Of a DNA stretch of 20,410 nucleotides, positions 8,159 through 16,216 are shown one piece after another. The notes beneath the pieces were generated by a model. That model did not search any database. It saw only the letters and a program-made list of their open reading frames with translations, and had not been told where the DNA came from. A program made the translations under genes and the position numbers. Position 1 is the stretch's first letter. Every line of letters begins with the position of its first letter. The stretch is from Nitrospinota bacterium (GTDB lineage: Bacteria; UBA8248). The stretch is from the NCBI GenBank assembly GCA_046581755.1, contig JAYGFR010000064.1, forward strand, positions 1 through 20,410. Direction: 5' to 3'.

Positions 8159-8686
8159 ATGTCGATTTGGGAGAATTTGGGCGGGATCCGGGGGAAGGTG
8201 GCCGTGGTGCTCATCGCCGTATTCGCGGCGGGGGGCGGAACGGGCTATTTCGCCGGCCGGTGGCACGCCCTGGAAGGTACATTCGAGCGCGCCTCGATCA
8301 GGCGGGCGGAATTTCGCCGGCGCCAGATTCGAGGCAGAGACCTGGGTCGAGGCAGGGGCCGGGGCATGCACCCCCGGTTCATCCGCCGCCTGGAGCGCGA
8401 CCTGAATCTGGAGGCGGGTCAAATGCAGAAAATCCGGGCGGCCCTCCAGCAACAGCACGAAAAAATGATGCAGCTTCGGATGGGGATGCGCCCCCAGGTG
8501 GAACGCATTCTGCACGACGCCAGAAACGAGATCCGAATCCTCCTGAGCTCGGGCCAGCAGCGCGATTTCGATCGGCTCATCCTCGGGTTCGAAGAGCAAA
8601 GACAGCGAATGCACCGCCGCTTTTCCCGTGGAAGGCACATGGGCCGGGGAAGAGGCATGGCCCCCGGGGGAATGACGGGGCGGTGA
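8159..8686 (+). CDS. Membrane-anchored periplasmic Spy/CpxP/heavy-metal-sensor (CnrX/ZraP-like) helical protein
   Basis: N-terminal TM (VAVVLIAVFAAGGGTGYFAG), Arg/Gly-rich segment, and LTxxQ-like motifs LNLEAGQ..KIRAAL and IRILLSSGQ..DFDRL. ATG at 8156 or 8159 follows GAGGAAGG. Confidence 0.75.
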   Translation: MSIWENLGGIRGKVAVVLIAVFAAGGGTGYFAGRWHALEGTFERASIRRAEFRRRQIRGRDLGRGRGRGMHPRFIRRLERDLNLEAGQMQKIRAALQQQHEKMMQLRMGMRPQVERILHDARNEIRILLSSGQQRDFDRLILGFEEQRQRMHRRFSRGRHMGRGRGMAPGGMTGR

Positions 8687-8750
8687 TGCGGATATTTCAT
8701 GGACGCCCGGCTCCGGCATGGGCCGGTTTCTCTCACACAAGGACCCAGCG

Positions 8751-9313
8751 ATGCGCAAAATTTTGATCGCCGCGGCGGCGCCGCCGCACTTATATCTTCC
8801 TAATGCGATCGCGGCTGATGCGGGCGCGGAGAATTCTCCATACGCCGGGCAAGAAAAAAGAGAGAGCAAGGCTCTTTCCGCCGTCGAGATCGACGGCCTG
8901 CTCCAGGGGAAGGGCTTGGGCTTCGCGAAAGCCGCCGAGCTGAACCATTATCCCGGGCCGATCCATGTCATCCAAACCGCCCGGAAGATCGGCCTCTCGG
9001 GCGCACAGCTCGCCAGGACAAAATCTCTCCACCGTTCGATGAAGCGGGAAGCGGCGGCCCTGGGCCGGAAAATCGTTGACATGGAAAAAGGAGTGGACCG
9101 CCTGTTCGGGAACGGAGCGGTCACGGAAACATCGCTTCGGCGGACCGGCGGCGGAATCGACCGCCTCCGGGGGACCTTACGGGCCACCCACCTGAGTTAC
9201 CACCTGAAAATGAAAAAACTCCTGCCCCCCCATCAAATCGCTCCCTACGATCGGGCCAGGGCTACGGCGGAGGGAGCGGTACGAATATGCACAACCGGCA
9301 TACGGGAAAATAA
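8751..9313 (+). CDS. Spy/CpxP-family periplasmic protein (SPYAG...AELNHYPGP type); apparent 1-nt deletion near the C-terminus
   Basis: Motifs SPYAGQEKRESKALS, GKGLGFAKAAELNHYPGPIHV, LSGAQ, LRATHLSYHL, LPPHQIAPYD. Restoring one G in the run at 9259-9261 gives RGYGGGSGTNMHNRHTGK* (TAA 9311-9313) and removes the overlap with the next gene. AAGGA RBS precedes ATG 8751. Confidence 0.8.
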
Positions 9314-9375
9314 TTTCCGAACCCACAACCGAGACATGATTTGTACAGACCGCCAATACCCAAAGGAGCAAGACC

Positions 9376-9924
9376 ATGAACCGCAATATTCGAATCGCAC
9401 TCGTTGCCACGATCGCCGCGGCAGGGCTTTCTTTCGCGGATACCTCCTCCGCCAACAACAAGGGAATGCGCGGTTGGCGGGGCCATGGCTCCGGGCATCG
9501 CATGGGGATGAGGGGGCGGTTCCGCGGCCACCGCAGGCCCAGGCCCATCATCTCCCTGGCGCTCCGCTTCAAGGAGGACCTGAAGCTCAGCGAAGAGCAG
9601 GTTAAAAAGCTGGACGATTTACGCGCCGGTTTCTACCGCAGGAGAATCGGGGAGCGGGCCGGTCTCCGGACCTTGCGGTTCGACCTCCGGAGAGTCTTGA
9701 AGGAGGACAAGATCGATATGGCGAGGGCGGAAGAACACATCCGGGCCATCGCGAAAAAGCGCGGGGACCTTACCCTGGATCGCATCGCCACCATCGAGAA
9801 GGGAAAAACCATTCTCACGGCCGAGCAGCTCAAAAACCTGAAGGACCTGCTCCGGCAGCGCCGGAGGGCCCACCGGGAGGACATGAGGCGCGGGATGAGA
9901 GAGAGCGGCGGACCCAGCCGGTAG
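9376..9924 (+). CDS. Spy/CpxP-family periplasmic chaperone / ZraP-like protein
   Basis: Signal peptide MNRNIRIALVATIAAAGLSFADTSSA, G/H/M/R-rich N-segment, LKLSEEQ and ILTAEQ (LTxxQ) motifs; AAGGAG RBS. Confidence 0.88.
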   Translation: MNRNIRIALVATIAAAGLSFADTSSANNKGMRGWRGHGSGHRMGMRGRFRGHRRPRPIISLALRFKEDLKLSEEQVKKLDDLRAGFYRRRIGERAGLRTLRFDLRRVLKEDKIDMARAEEHIRAIAKKRGDLTLDRIATIEKGKTILTAEQLKNLKDLLRQRRRAHREDMRRGMRESGGPSR

Positions 9925-9925
9925 C

Positions 9926-9952
9926 GGGCATTCACAAACAGGGCATTCACAA
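9926..9952. repeat. 12-bp direct repeat, 15-bp period
   Basis: gggcattcacaa at 9926-9937 and 9941-9952, immediately after the stop codon at 9924. Confidence 0.8.
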
Positions 9953-9956
9953 GTAG

Positions 9957-9996
9957 AAAAAGGCGGGCCTCTCACCGGGGAGACCCGCCTTTTTTT
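9957..9996. terminator. Bidirectional intrinsic terminator between the convergent Spy/CpxP gene and dapF
   Basis: AAAAA-GGCGGG-c-CTCTC-accg-GGGAG-a-CCCGCC-TTTTTTT: a stem flanked by A5 and T7. Confidence 0.9.
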
Positions 9997-10067
9997 CATT
10001 CGAATTTCATGCGAAATTCCAGGCAAAATTCGAACCGCGCGGAACCGGGCGTCTATTCCCGGGCCAT

Positions 10068-10898
10068 CTATTCCCCGAAAGCCTCCCCGGTCATCTCCCC
10101 CTCGTAGACAAGGCGCGTTTCGCCCTGCATGTAGATGTCGGCGGCATCGCCGCCCCGGCCCGTGAAAAATATCGTCAAAATCTCTCCGCTCCTGACCCAG
10201 ACCTCCACCGGGGGCTCTACCAGCCCCCGCGTCGCGGCCAGGATGGCGGCGGCGACGGCCCCGGTCCCGCAGGCCAGAGTCTCATCCTCCACCCCGCGCT
10301 CGTAGGTCCGGAGAATGAGGGAATGGGGCCCGCTCCCCTGGCAAAAGTTCGCGTTCGTGCCGGCGGGCGCGAAGGCCTCGTGATACCGGATCAGGCAGCC
10401 CTCCCCGGCCACGTCGGCGCCCTCAATGTCATCGACAAATTCGACGGCATGGGGAACCCCGGTGTTCAGGCGATCGAGCGTGGCCCGGCGGCCAACGAGG
10501 TCCACCTCGACGCCCGCCTCGAAGCCGAAGGCCTCCGTCATGCGCAGCTTGACCACCGAGCCCTCGATGGAGCCGTCGATGACCCCGGCGATGGTTTCGA
10601 AGGAGACCGGGTCGGATTCGATGCCCAGATGGCGGGCAAACCGGACGGCGCAACGCCCGCCGTTTCCGCACATTTCGGCCTCGCTGCCGTCGGCGTTGAA
10701 AAAGCGCCATTTGAAATCGGCGCGCTCGCTCGGCTCGATGAACATCACCCCGTCGGCGCCCACGGCGACCCCCCGGCGGCAGACGTTGCGCACGAAATCG
10801 ATCATGGCGTCCGCGTCGTGCCGGCCGTCGCGGTTGTCGATGAAAATAAAATCGTTGCCGCTGCCGCTGAGTTTGGTGAAGCGGATTCCCGGTTCCAT
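10068..10898 (-). CDS. dapF: Diaminopimelate epimerase
   Basis: FTKLSGSGNDF, AEMCGNGGRC, NTGVPH, RTYERGVEDETLACGTG. ATG 10898 lies 2 nt after the lysA stop. Confidence 0.96.
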   Translation of the reverse strand: MEPGIRFTKLSGSGNDFIFIDNRDGRHDADAMIDFVRNVCRRGVAVGADGVMFIEPSERADFKWRFFNADGSEAEMCGNGGRCAVRFARHLGIESDPVSFETIAGVIDGSIEGSVVKLRMTEAFGFEAGVEVDLVGRRATLDRLNTGVPHAVEFVDDIEGADVAGEGCLIRYHEAFAPAGTNANFCQGSGPHSLILRTYERGVEDETLACGTGAVAAAILAATRGLVEPPVEVWVRSGEILTIFFTGRGGDAADIYMQGETRLVYEGEMTGEAFGE

Positions 10899-10900
10899 CT

Positions 10901-12175
10901 TCAGTCCGCCTCCCCGGTGATGAACGCCGGGATGCTTTCCCCGCGAATCAGATCCTCGTAGCTCTCGCGCTCGCGGATGACAAAGTGCGCATCGCCGCGA
11001 ACCAGGACCTCGGGCGGGCGGCCGCGCGAATTGTAGTTCGAGGCCATCGCGAAGCCATAGGCGCCCGAGCTCATGACGGCGACCAGGTCCCCGCGCCGGA
11101 GTTCGGGGAGCTCCCGGTCCTTCGCCAGATAATCGCCGCTCTCGCAAATGGGCCCGACGAGGTCCACCTTGCGCCGGGTCCTGGACCGGACGGCCTCCTC
11201 CACCGGCCAGATGTCCTGAAAGGCCTGGTAGAGGCTGGGCCGGATGAGATCGTTCATCCCGGCATCGATGATGACGAAGCGTTTTTCCTCGTTCTCCTTG
11301 CAGTAGAGCACGCGGGTGACGAGGATCCCCGCGTTGCCCGAAATGACCCGGCCGGGCTCGAACACCAGGGTGCAGCCCAGGTCCCGGAGCTGAGGCAGGA
11401 TGGCGTCTGCATACTCCTTGGGCGAGGGGGGGGATTCATTCTCGTAGGGAATCCCCAATCCGCCGCCCACGTTCAGGTAGCGGATATCGTGGCCGTCCTC
11501 CCTGAGGGCGCGGACGCACTCGGCCACCTTCACCGAGGCCTCGGCGAAGGGGCCCGTCTGGACGATCTGGCTGCCGATATGGCAATGCAGGCCGATGGCG
11601 TTCAGGTTGGGAAGGCCGGCCGCCACCCGGTACAGGGCCAGGGCGTGGGAGATACCGATCCCGAACTTGCTCTTCTTCAATCCGGTGGCGATGTAGGGAT
11701 GCGTCTCGGGGTCCACGTCCGGATTCACCCGGACGGCCACGTCGGCCCGCTTTTCCATCTGGCCGGCCACCCGGTCGATGTTGCGGAGCTCATCCTCGCT
11801 CTCGACGTTAAACATGAGGACGCCCTGCTCGAGTGCGTAGGCGATCTCATCGTCGGACTTTCCCACGCCCGCGAAAACGACCCGCTCGGAGGGCACGCCC
11901 GCCCGGAGGCTGCGGAAAAGCTCTCCTCCCGAAACAATATCGAGCCCCCCGCCCATCTCCGAGAACAGGCGCAAGATGGCGATGTTCGAGTTGCTCTTCA
12001 TGGCGAAGCAAATCAGATGATCCACCCCGGCGAACGCCTCGTCGAAAACGCGGAAGTGGCGAACCAGCGTCTCATGGCTATAGATATACAGCGGCGTGCC
12101 CAGCTCCCCGGCCAGGCGGGCCACCGGTACGCCCTCGGCGTGGAGCTCCCCGCCCCGGTACTCGAAATGGTGCAT
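10901..12175 (-). CDS. lysA: Diaminopimelate decarboxylase
   Basis: CFAMKSNSN (PLP lysine), DIVSGGE, HCHIGSQ, EPGR, GPICESGD, GAYGFAMASNYNSR; GGAGG RBS. Confidence 0.97.
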   Translation of the reverse strand: MHHFEYRGGELHAEGVPVARLAGELGTPLYIYSHETLVRHFRVFDEAFAGVDHLICFAMKSNSNIAILRLFSEMGGGLDIVSGGELFRSLRAGVPSERVVFAGVGKSDDEIAYALEQGVLMFNVESEDELRNIDRVAGQMEKRADVAVRVNPDVDPETHPYIATGLKKSKFGIGISHALALYRVAAGLPNLNAIGLHCHIGSQIVQTGPFAEASVKVAECVRALREDGHDIRYLNVGGGLGIPYENESPPSPKEYADAILPQLRDLGCTLVFEPGRVISGNAGILVTRVLYCKENEEKRFVIIDAGMNDLIRPSLYQAFQDIWPVEEAVRSRTRRKVDLVGPICESGDYLAKDRELPELRRGDLVAVMSSGAYGFAMASNYNSRGRPPEVLVRGDAHFVIRERESYEDLIRGESIPAFITGEAD

Positions 12176-12467
12176 GCTTATCGAAACCTCCGAATGAATC
12201 GCCTTAATACCCGCCCCCGCGGGGGGAAAGTATATGAAGGATCGCCGGAATGATCGAACATCGCAGGCGAATTCCGGCCGGGTCCGTTTGTTATGGCCCT
12301 CCGAAATTTTATTGCGCTGAAAAAGGCGAAACCCAACGGGCCGGGGCCCCGCCCGCGGGCGATTTACCCTTGCCTTCCGCCAAAAGATGGGGTGATGGAT
12401 TGCGCGGCGTCATCATTCGAGAAATATACGGGGTTCGCGCTGCGCTTGGGACGCGGCCCCTATAACC

Positions 12468-12614
12468 CTACAATCCCTGGATAATGGGCTTTTCCGGGGG
12501 CCTGGGGTTTCCCTTCACGCCGCATCCGGCAACCGCCAGCAGAAGAACGGCCAGAGCTGCCGAAACGATGGCCCGCACCGAGGTCCGCTTAACCGAGGTC
12601 CGCTTAGAGGCCAA
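12468..12614 (-). CDS. Small outer-membrane lipoprotein, LptM/YifL-like (48 aa; absent from the ORF track)
   Basis: Minus-strand reading (M)ASKRTSVKRTSVRAIVSAALAVLLLAVAG-CGVKGNPRPPEKPIIQGL* (stop 12468-12470). Lipobox VAG|C followed by CGxKGxPxPP, located between argH and lysA. TTG start at 12614 follows GGGGAG (alternative GTG 12578). Confidence 0.85.
   Translation of the reverse strand: MASKRTSVKRTSVRAIVSAALAVLLLAVAGCGVKGNPRPPEKPIIQGL
12577..12606. repeat. Perfect 15-bp tandem duplication containing the argH stop codon
   Basis: accgaggtccgctta x2 (12577-12591, 12592-12606). Confidence 0.9.
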
Positions 12615-14022
12615 GGCGTTTTTTCTCCCCTCGAAGCTGGCGGAGGATACCCCTCCTGGAAGTGCCGCCCTCGCTCGTGCGCGCCGTCAGGGCGCGTCCA
12701 AGATCGGCCGCCCGGAGATCGGCGGGCCGGAGTCTCCCATCGGCTTTGGCCAGGTCGGCCCCGGTGAGGCCAGCGAGCGGAATTCCCTTTTCGGCCGCGA
12801 GCCCCACCGCCCGGCCCGCCGCGTGATGTGCCTGCCGGAAGGGGATGCCCCGGCGAACCATGGCATCCGCCAGGTCGGTCGCCGTCATGTATCCTCCCTC
12901 GGCGGCTTCGGCCATCCGTTCCCTGCACGGGCGCATGGCGGCCACCATCGGCGCCATGACCTCGAGCGAGGAGCGAAGCGTATCGGCCGCGTCGAACAGG
13001 GGTTCTTTGTCCTCCTGCATATCCCGGTTATAGGTGAGCGGGAGCCCCTTCATCAGGGTCAGGAGAGCCATCAGATCGCCATACACGCGCCCGCTTTTGC
13101 CCCGGACGATTTCGGCCACATCCGGATTCTTTTTCTGGGGCATGAGCGAGCTTCCCGTCGCGAAGGCGTCCGGTATCTCGACAAAACCGAATTCCCCGCT
13201 CGCCCAGAGGACGATTTCCTCCCCCAGGCGGCTCAGGTGCATGATCGAAACCGCCGCCGCCGCCGCGAACTCGATGGCGAAGTCCCGATCGCTCACCGCG
13301 TCCATGCTGTTTTCGGCGATCGAATCGAAGCCGAGTTTTCTCGCCACCATCCGCCGGTCGATGGCATGTCCCGTCCCGGCCAGCGCCCCGGCGCCGAGGG
13401 GGAGGACGTTCACCCGCTTCCGGACATCGCTCAGGCGCTCCCCGTCGCGCCGGAACATTTGGCAATACGCCAGAAGATGGTGCGCGAAGGAGACCGGCTG
13501 CGCCCGCTGGAGATGGGTATACCCCGGCATCACAAATTCGACCGTCCCCTCCGCCTTCCCGGCAAGCGCCCGGCGAAGATCCAGAAGTCTCTCTTGAATC
13601 AGGCCGATCTCTTCCCGGAGCCATAGCCGCACGGAGGTCGCCACCTGATCGTTCCGGCTCCGGGCCGTATGGAGCCTGCCGCCCGCCTCGCCGATCCGTC
13701 GGGTCAGGGCCGCCTCGATATTCATGTGAACGTCCTCGAGAGCGGGATCGAACCTGAATTTTCCCGCCTCGATCTCGCGGAGGATGACCTTGAGCCCGGA
13801 GACGATTTTCCGGCTCTCGCCCTTGGGGATGATCCCCCTCGCCCCGAGCATTTCGGCGTGGGCGATCGAGCCGCGCACGTCGCAGGCGCCGAGCCGCCGG
13901 TCGAAGGATACGCTCTCGGTGAACGCCTCGACGCGCCGGTCGGTTTCTGCCGCGAACCCGCCGCCCCACAACTTGGGCGGCCCGGCCTTCGCCTTTTTAG
14001 TCTTCCGTGGGGTTTTGCTCAT
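12604..14022 (-). CDS. argH: Argininosuccinate lyase
   Basis: KLWGGGF, EDVHMNIE, LHTARSRNDQ, MPGYTHLQRAQP, GSSLMPQKKNPD, PLTYNRDMQEDKE. Start placed at ATG 14022 (the ORF track extends to 14079). Confidence 0.97.
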   Translation of the reverse strand: MSKTPRKTKKAKAGPPKLWGGGFAAETDRRVEAFTESVSFDRRLGACDVRGSIAHAEMLGARGIIPKGESRKIVSGLKVILREIEAGKFRFDPALEDVHMNIEAALTRRIGEAGGRLHTARSRNDQVATSVRLWLREEIGLIQERLLDLRRALAGKAEGTVEFVMPGYTHLQRAQPVSFAHHLLAYCQMFRRDGERLSDVRKRVNVLPLGAGALAGTGHAIDRRMVARKLGFDSIAENSMDAVSDRDFAIEFAAAAAVSIMHLSRLGEEIVLWASGEFGFVEIPDAFATGSSLMPQKKNPDVAEIVRGKSGRVYGDLMALLTLMKGLPLTYNRDMQEDKEPLFDAADTLRSSLEVMAPMVAAMRPCRERMAEAAEGGYMTATDLADAMVRRGIPFRQAHHAAGRAVGLAAEKGIPLAGLTGADLAKADGRLRPADLRAADLGRALTARTSEGGTSRRGILRQLRGEKKRLGL

Positions 14023-14359
14023 TTCTCGCGTCCGCCGTCCAACGATCCGCCGGATTGCCGCTCCGGTGCCTGGGTCCAATACCCAATAAAAGCCGATACT
14101 TACACGAATGAGGCCCCGGGGGGCAACTCGCCGGGATAAACCGGCGCCGCATCCCCCATCCCGGCGCGGCGGATTCGGCGGATGCGGCTGGCGTCAAACG
14201 CCTTGCGCATCGCCCGGCGATTTGCCACGATAAAAATAATCTTGGTGGCGGAAAGTGTACGCGGTGGGACCAGCGCTTCCCGCCATAGCGTTTATGGACA
14301 AGTCAATGGGCGAACCGTCCCTGTCCGGGCGATGATGCTCAATCGATAGAGGTGCCGGG

Positions 14360-14455
14360 ATGGAAACATTTATTTGGATTATCGTTGCCGTCATCGTTAT
14401 CGGCGTCATCGCGTACAATATCATCAAGGACCCGTTCCAGATTTATCCGGACTAG
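14360..14455 (+). CDS. Small single-TM membrane protein, 31 aa (absent from the ORF track)
   Basis: METFIWIIVAVIVIGVIAYNIIKDPFQIYPD*; AGAGGTG SD upstream of ATG 14360; many ATC/GTC/GCC codons, as in neighbouring genes. Confidence 0.7.
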   Translation: METFIWIIVAVIVIGVIAYNIIKDPFQIYPD

Positions 14456-14730
14456 CCAGCCCATAAGGCCCGGCACGCGCCATTGGACGGCGATCGGAGC
14501 CCCCTCCGCTTTATGCCTTGAGACAACCCGGCAAGCGGCCCTCCGGGCCATCCAAAAACCTTTAGGGCGATACCCGCTCGAATCCCCAAACATCCGGAGA
14601 CGGAAGAGAAAGCCCCCCCCATCTCTTGCCAGGCCCCATCTTCCTCCATATGATGCTTTCAGGGCAACGCATTCACCCAGGATGCTTTTCCATTCCGCCC
14701 GGGAAGGGAGGGGCGGGAGATCGGCTCCTC

Positions 14731-16014
14731 ATGAAGAAACCATCGTTTGTCTTTTCCTCCCGGCAATGGACCGTCATCGCCTCTTGCTTCATCATTCTGG
14801 GGCTCGGATCGAGCCTGAACTTCAACTTCGGCATCTTCATCAAACCGCTGCTCGATGAATTCTCCTGGTCGCGCTCGGCCATTTCGGCCGGATTTTCCAT
14901 TTTCATGCTGGCGGGTTCGGGGAGCGCGATTTTGGCGGGCGGGCTGGCGGACCGTTACGGGGCGCGGTACGTCGTCTTCGGCGGAACCTTCCTGATCGTG
15001 GGGGCCATGTATTTCGCCTCGCGGCTCCAGAACATTTTGGAATTTTATCTTCTGGTCGGCGCAGTCACCGGCCTCGGCCGAAGCGCGTTCAATACGCCGG
15101 TTATCGCCTACATCCAGCGCTCGTTCACCCGGAACCGGGGGCTGGCCACGGGCCTCGCGGGCGCCGGCGGCGGGCTGGGAATTCTTCTGACGGCCCCCCT
15201 CATCGGCTATTTCATCACCTCATTCGGATGGCGCCTCTCCTATATGGCGATAGGGGCGGTCGTTCTGGCCCTCGCCATTCCGGCCGTGCTACTTCTTCGG
15301 CCCATGACGGAATCCGAGAGCGGCGGCGGCGCAGTGGGGCCCAGGCACCGGGAGGCGGCCCCCCTGCCCGAGGCCGCCCAGGGGATGTCCCAGATTGTCC
15401 GGCGGAGGTCCTTCTGGACCGTATTGGGAAGCCACACCACCGATTGCATGTGTCACTCGATCCTTCTCGTTCATATCGTGCCTTTCGCGATCGAGAGCGG
15501 AATCCCGCGATTCCAGGCGGCCATGCTGATGAGCGCCCTCGGGGCGGGAGCGCTTCTCGGCCGCCTGTTTTGCGGGGTGCTCTCGGACCGAATCGGCCCC
15601 AAAAAGGCCCTTTTCTCGGCCCTCATCATTCAGACCCTTCCCATCCCCCTGCTTTTGTTCTCGCCGACGCTTCCGGTCCTCTATCTGGTCACCTCGCTCG
15701 CCGGGCTGGGCATCGGCGGGCACGGCACGATGTACCCGCTCGTGACGCGGGAGTTTTACGGCCCCAAGCGCGTTGGCCTCCTCGTCGGGACCTTCACGTC
15801 GGGAGCCAGCGTCGGCATGGCCGCGGGCGGTTTTTTGGGAGGCGTTCTCTACGACCTGGCTGGAAACTACACCCTGGCGTTTGTTTTCAGCTTCGCGATC
15901 GGAGTGGTCTCGCTCTTTTTGGTATGGATTTACCCTGACAGAAAGTTCCTTCCTGCCGGGGCGGCCGGAGGAGCTGGGGTGGCCCAGACCAAGCTGGCCG
16001 GGGAGACGACATAA
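14731..16014 (+). CDS. Major facilitator superfamily transporter (OFA/MCT-like, YbfB/YcxA-type)
   Basis: About 12 hydrophobic helices; motif A twice (GGLADRYGARYV, GVLSDRIGPKKA); FGIFIKPL..EFSWSRSAIS and RNRGLATGLAGAGGGLG signatures. Confidence 0.92.
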   Translation: MKKPSFVFSSRQWTVIASCFIILGLGSSLNFNFGIFIKPLLDEFSWSRSAISAGFSIFMLAGSGSAILAGGLADRYGARYVVFGGTFLIVGAMYFASRLQNILEFYLLVGAVTGLGRSAFNTPVIAYIQRSFTRNRGLATGLAGAGGGLGILLTAPLIGYFITSFGWRLSYMAIGAVVLALAIPAVLLLRPMTESESGGGAVGPRHREAAPLPEAAQGMSQIVRRRSFWTVLGSHTTDCMCHSILLVHIVPFAIESGIPRFQAAMLMSALGAGALLGRLFCGVLSDRIGPKKALFSALIIQTLPIPLLLFSPTLPVLYLVTSLAGLGIGGHGTMYPLVTREFYGPKRVGLLVGTFTSGASVGMAAGGFLGGVLYDLAGNYTLAFVFSFAIGVVSLFLVWIYPDRKFLPAGAAGGAGVAQTKLAGETT

Positions 16015-16149
16015 CCCCTCTCCCCCCCGAAACCTCGAAGCATACCCGAAGTATCCCCAAAGCAGGAAAAAGCAGGCCAGAGACCAGCCTCTCGATCCGT
16101 TCGGGGTCCCTCCCCGCAAAGGCGGCCCCGTCACTCGGGAGAGGGGCCC

Positions 16150-16178
16150 AAAGAAAAACCGGGCGCGTCGGCGCCCGG
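16150..16178 (-). terminator. Putative intrinsic terminator of the minus-strand flagellar operon
   Basis: Stem ccgggcgc-gtcg-gcgcccgg (16159-16178), followed on the minus strand by TTTTTCTTT, 38 nt after the stop at 16217. Confidence 0.7.
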
Positions 16179-16216
16179 CTTCAAGGTTATGGTGAAATAT
16201 CCGTGATTTGGAAAGG

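Noticed and set aside
9314..9605. C-terminal extension of ORF 8718..9605 overlapping the next gene
   Set aside because: Produced by the apparent frameshift at 9259-9261; the family-like C-terminus ends at 9313.
12176..12467. Lysine riboswitch in the ~290-bp region upstream of lysA
   Set aside because: I could not find the conserved AGAGG(U)GC start, a kink-turn/kissing-loop layout or an attenuator with a U-tract; an Rfam RF00168 scan would settle it.
10985..13626. Long plus-strand ORFs (10985..12253, 12484..13626), and similarly 3193..4014, 4105..4926, 5927..6568 and 17314..18687
   Set aside because: Antisense shadows of well-supported genes, expected from high-GC codon bias; no recognisable motifs.
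14086..14100. GCCGATAC as a second sigma28 -10 box; also GCCGAGAA at 20315-20322
   Set aside because: No TAAA/TCAA -35 element at 15-nt spacing.
14194..14427. Minus-strand 77-aa ORF (MMILYAMTPITMT...)
   Set aside because: Antisense shadow of the plus-strand 31-aa membrane peptide, which has the SD and a coherent TM helix.
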